Below, in pieces: positions 34,761-37,306 of a DNA stretch of 37,306 nucleotides. A program made the translations under genes and the position numbers. This stretch comes from Vermamoeba vermiformis (Eukaryota): NCBI GenBank assembly GCA_045837725.1, contig JBEWZL010000124.1:620001-657306 (forward strand), given 5' to 3'. Position 1 is the stretch's first letter. Every line of letters starts with the position of its first letter. The notes beneath the pieces were generated by a model that searched no databases, was not told the DNA's origin, and saw nothing but the letters and a program-made list of their open reading frames with translations.

Positions 34761-34930
34761 CTCGTAGTTAGTGGGTTAGTTATGAAAGCAGTGCGGAGCT
34801 AAAATTGTCAGCCGTGCCAGGATTTATCCCAGCACAGAACAATTTTTTGGCAGCACGTGCAGTCGACACACGTCGGTTTTCTAAATCAGGAAGTGACCGT
34901 TACGCAGATTAAGCATTGTTTAAATACTTG

Positions 34931-35350
34931 GACAGATCGACCACTAGGGTTATTTATTTTTACAGCTTAAAGTAACGCGCCGCGGCACCAGAGCCGTTTC
35001 AGCGCGAGATATTTCGGATCTGAGCTGATGCGAAAATGGCACACGGGCTATTTCGCATCAACAATTCAACAGATCGACCACAAGGGTCGATATATTTATT
35101 ATTTAATGATTAATAACAGCAGATAGTGCCGCGCCACGGTCAACACGGCCGTTCAGCGCGAGTTATTTCGAAGATTGACAGTAGCGAATCTCGGATTCGC
35201 AACAGATCGGCCACAAGGGTCGATTTGTTTATTTAGATGGCTTATTTTTTATTCATACACACGCGCCAAACGACAATCAGCGTCGTTCCAGCGCGGCTTT
35301 AAGATCGCGATCAAAACGCGATCAAATCTCGGTGCAGTGACCGAGATAAT
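34931..35350 (+). repeat. Three diverged ~135-bp structured tandem units
   Basis: Units start ACAGATCG(A/G)CCAC(A/T)AGGGT at 34932, 35069 and 35202. Each has an AT-rich linker, then CGCGC-[inner hairpin]-CAGCGCG, then a further hairpin. Confidence 0.75.
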
Positions 35351-36530
35351 TTAAGGTAATAATTTTTTTAATATCCTTTCACCATGTATATTATTTTAAC
35401 ATCGTAAATTCAATTTCTAAATTTTGGAACCAAAATCAATCAGATCCGGATCGAGCTTCGTGCTCGGATTTTATCTGGATTTTTAACTTATATTTATCAA
35501 ATTATACTAAATACAATATTCTAACGCGTAATTTTTTTATTTAGATTATTGTTACGGTTTTTTAGCGCGATCGAAAGTTCCAGTCACTTTCGATGCGCGA
35601 GATCCAGACCACCAATGGTCGTTTCACGGTATACTGGCTTTTTCCGTTCGTGTCCCGCTGTAGGGATGGTCGCCACTGCTCGGTGACGGATTCGGTAACT
35701 TGATGCCAAGATCGGATGCGTTGGACGCATCGAAATATTCCGTAAGTTATTTTTCAATAATAAAAACATTCAATTAGACGCAGGGAACGCGTCATTTTAA
35801 AATTTAAAATTACTCTTAAATAATTACGAGATACGAATCGAGCTTCGTGCTCGTTTAAAATATAAATTACTGTTTATTTTATTATTAACATAATATATTA
35901 ATCATTATTTAATAGTAATTTGAACATCAGAACTTTGGTGCGAGTTTTAGATCGAGCGCGAAACCGATCTCTCGATTCCCAATAATGAAGCAACCGTAAG
36001 TAGTTTAAATCGTTTATTTTATTATTGTTTAATAGTCTAAAGCGTTTTATTTAGGCGGTACAAGTTACTCAACACGGATCTAGATCGTCGACTTCGCGCG
36101 TTGAAAAATCCTGGTTAAAGTCAAAGATATCGAAGGTAAGCACATAATCACGATTAACAAGCCAAGTACTAACGCGTTATATTAATAGGAATACTCACAC
36201 GAACGATCGAGCCCGATGAAGCTGATCGAGAAGTACCGGGCTCGATCCGCTAAATTTTACTTGGCGGGACCATTAAACGCATAAGAGTAAGTTATTTACA
36301 TTTTATAACACATCGAATAATTAATCTAATATCTTTTTATTGTTTAGGTGGCCCGACGCGTTGATCCAGGACTTGGCGATCTTGGATGTCGAACAAAGTA
36401 CGGATGCGGCTAACAGGTAAGTTAATTTACACTTTTCCAATTAATATTACCAATTATTAACTCCTTAATATCACTAGTGTTAATGCGTGATTGAGTTCAT
36501 CGTAGATCCCCGCGGGGCCCAAATAAAAAT
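35351..36530 (+). ncRNA. Putative spliced, hairpin-rich non-coding transcript (copy 2)
   Basis: Introns at 35742-35777, 35996-36054, 36136-36188, 36287-36347 and 36417-36477; AATAAA at 36522. Exons carry perfect stems (e.g. GATCGAGCCCG...CGGGCTCGATC, 36205-36247). Intron positions and flanks match copy 1. Confidence 0.5.
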
Positions 36531-36674
36531 GAATGAAATGATGAGGATAACAGAATGAAATTTCATTGTTAATTCTTAATCAATGAATGTTAATTGGTAA
36601 ACGAATGCTTTAAATGAACGGAAGAATGAAGGATGTCATTCTTCATCATTGGTACAGTAATCAATGTAAAGTAA

Positions 36675-37306
36675 CAGCAACACGTGCTTTAAATCCGGGA
36701 TAGTCGCGCTAACGCGCGTAAATCCCGTCATTTTCGAGTAAAAAAGAGCATAAAGAACGCGATTTGGATCTAGTCGCGCTCCGCGCGCGTTCTTTCTGGG
36801 GATCAATCCCCGCAGGGGGTAAGTTAAGAAGAAAATCAGTGAATTATTTGATGATGATGATGATGATCATCATTACGATGGTATCCATGCTGGTTCTCTG
36901 GTACACGTACGCTTTAAGCTTGGGATAATCGCGCTAACGCGCGTAAATCCCATCATTTTCACGCGTAAAGAAGAGCATAAAGAATGCTGTTTGAATCTAA
37001 TTGCGCTCCGCGCACGTTCTTGCTGGGGATCAATCCCCGCAGGGGGGTAGATTTGAAAAATTGATGAAAATTGAAATAATTTGATTGTGATGATGATGAT
37101 GATGATGACAATGATGGTGATGATGACATCATTATTGCAATGGTATCCATGTTGGTTCTCTGGTAAACGAATGCTTTAAGTACGGGATAGTCGCGCTGAC
37201 GCGCGTAAATCCCCTCTTTTTACGCTTAAAAAAGAGCAAAAAGAACGTCATTTGGATCTAATAGCGCTCCGCGCGCGCTCTTTTCCGGGGATCAATCCCC
37301 GCAGGG
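36675..37306 (+). repeat. Tandem structured repeat, period 225-262 bp, at least 2.6 copies, runs off the window
   Basis: GGGAT starts at 36697, 36922 and 37184. Each unit reads GCTTTAA - GGGATA(G/A)TCGCGCT(A/G)ACGCGCGTAAATCCC - AAAGAAC...TTCTT stem - GGGGATCAATCCCCGCAGGG - variable (TGA)n - ATGGTATCCATG(C/T)TGGTTCTCTGGTA. Confidence 0.9.

Noticed and set aside
34931-35350. H/ACA snoRNA cluster
   Set aside because: Size and two-hairpin layout fit, but the hinge sequences (AGATAT, AGTTAT) do not match ANANNA. Not supportable without a covariance search.
35951-36284. About 73 open codons across three joined exons (IERETDLSIP...YLAGPLNA*)
   Set aside because: No start or family motif, and the paralogous exons at 28087-28397 conserve neither frame nor amino acids.
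27205-37306. Penelope-like/Terminon retroelement with hammerhead ribozymes
   Set aside because: No RT ORF is visible and I found no complete CUGANGA-stem-GAAA core. CTGATGCGAAA at ~35025 lacks stem II. Kept only as a hypothesis for a non-autonomous derivative.
36675-37306. 5S rRNA, tRNA or spliced-leader RNA array
   Set aside because: No 5S or tRNA consensus or A/B boxes. The donor-like and Sm-like (AATTATTTGA) motifs differ between units, too weak to call an SL RNA.

Overview
Eukaryotic nuclear DNA, standard genetic code, with short (~45-60 nt) GT-AG introns and CTAA(C/T) branch points. The gene content suggests a free-living amoeboid protist (inference). The window has two parts. (1) 1-26352 is a compact arm of ten genes: a GT14 glycosyltransferase (5'-truncated), a Clu-UBR-box-LRR protein, a PMCA-type Ca2+-ATPase, a GPI-type polysaccharide lyase 8, an intronless GH5-fold protein with non-canonical catalytic residues, two RBR E3 ligases, an otubain-like deubiquitinase with two compensating frameshifts, a SAM-SAM-GTPase-RING-patatin-like protein, and a divergent PH-GTPase-HSP20-like protein. 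(2) 26866-37306 is a subtelomere-like patchwork. A palindromic 30/42-bp satellite runs into a short TTAGGG tract (27181-27204). Beyond it lie a peptidase-S74 pseudogene, a second palindromic satellite split by a CACTA-type element, and two paralogous hairpin-dense regions (27205-29106 and 34931-37306). These two regions carry regular spliceosomal introns but no convincing ORF, share modules with compensatory base changes, and include ~135-bp and 225-262-bp structured tandem units. This is the best candidate for an undescribed system: a spliced, structured, telomere-associated ncRNA or non-autonomous element family. Exon boundaries were inferred by eye and no database search was run.
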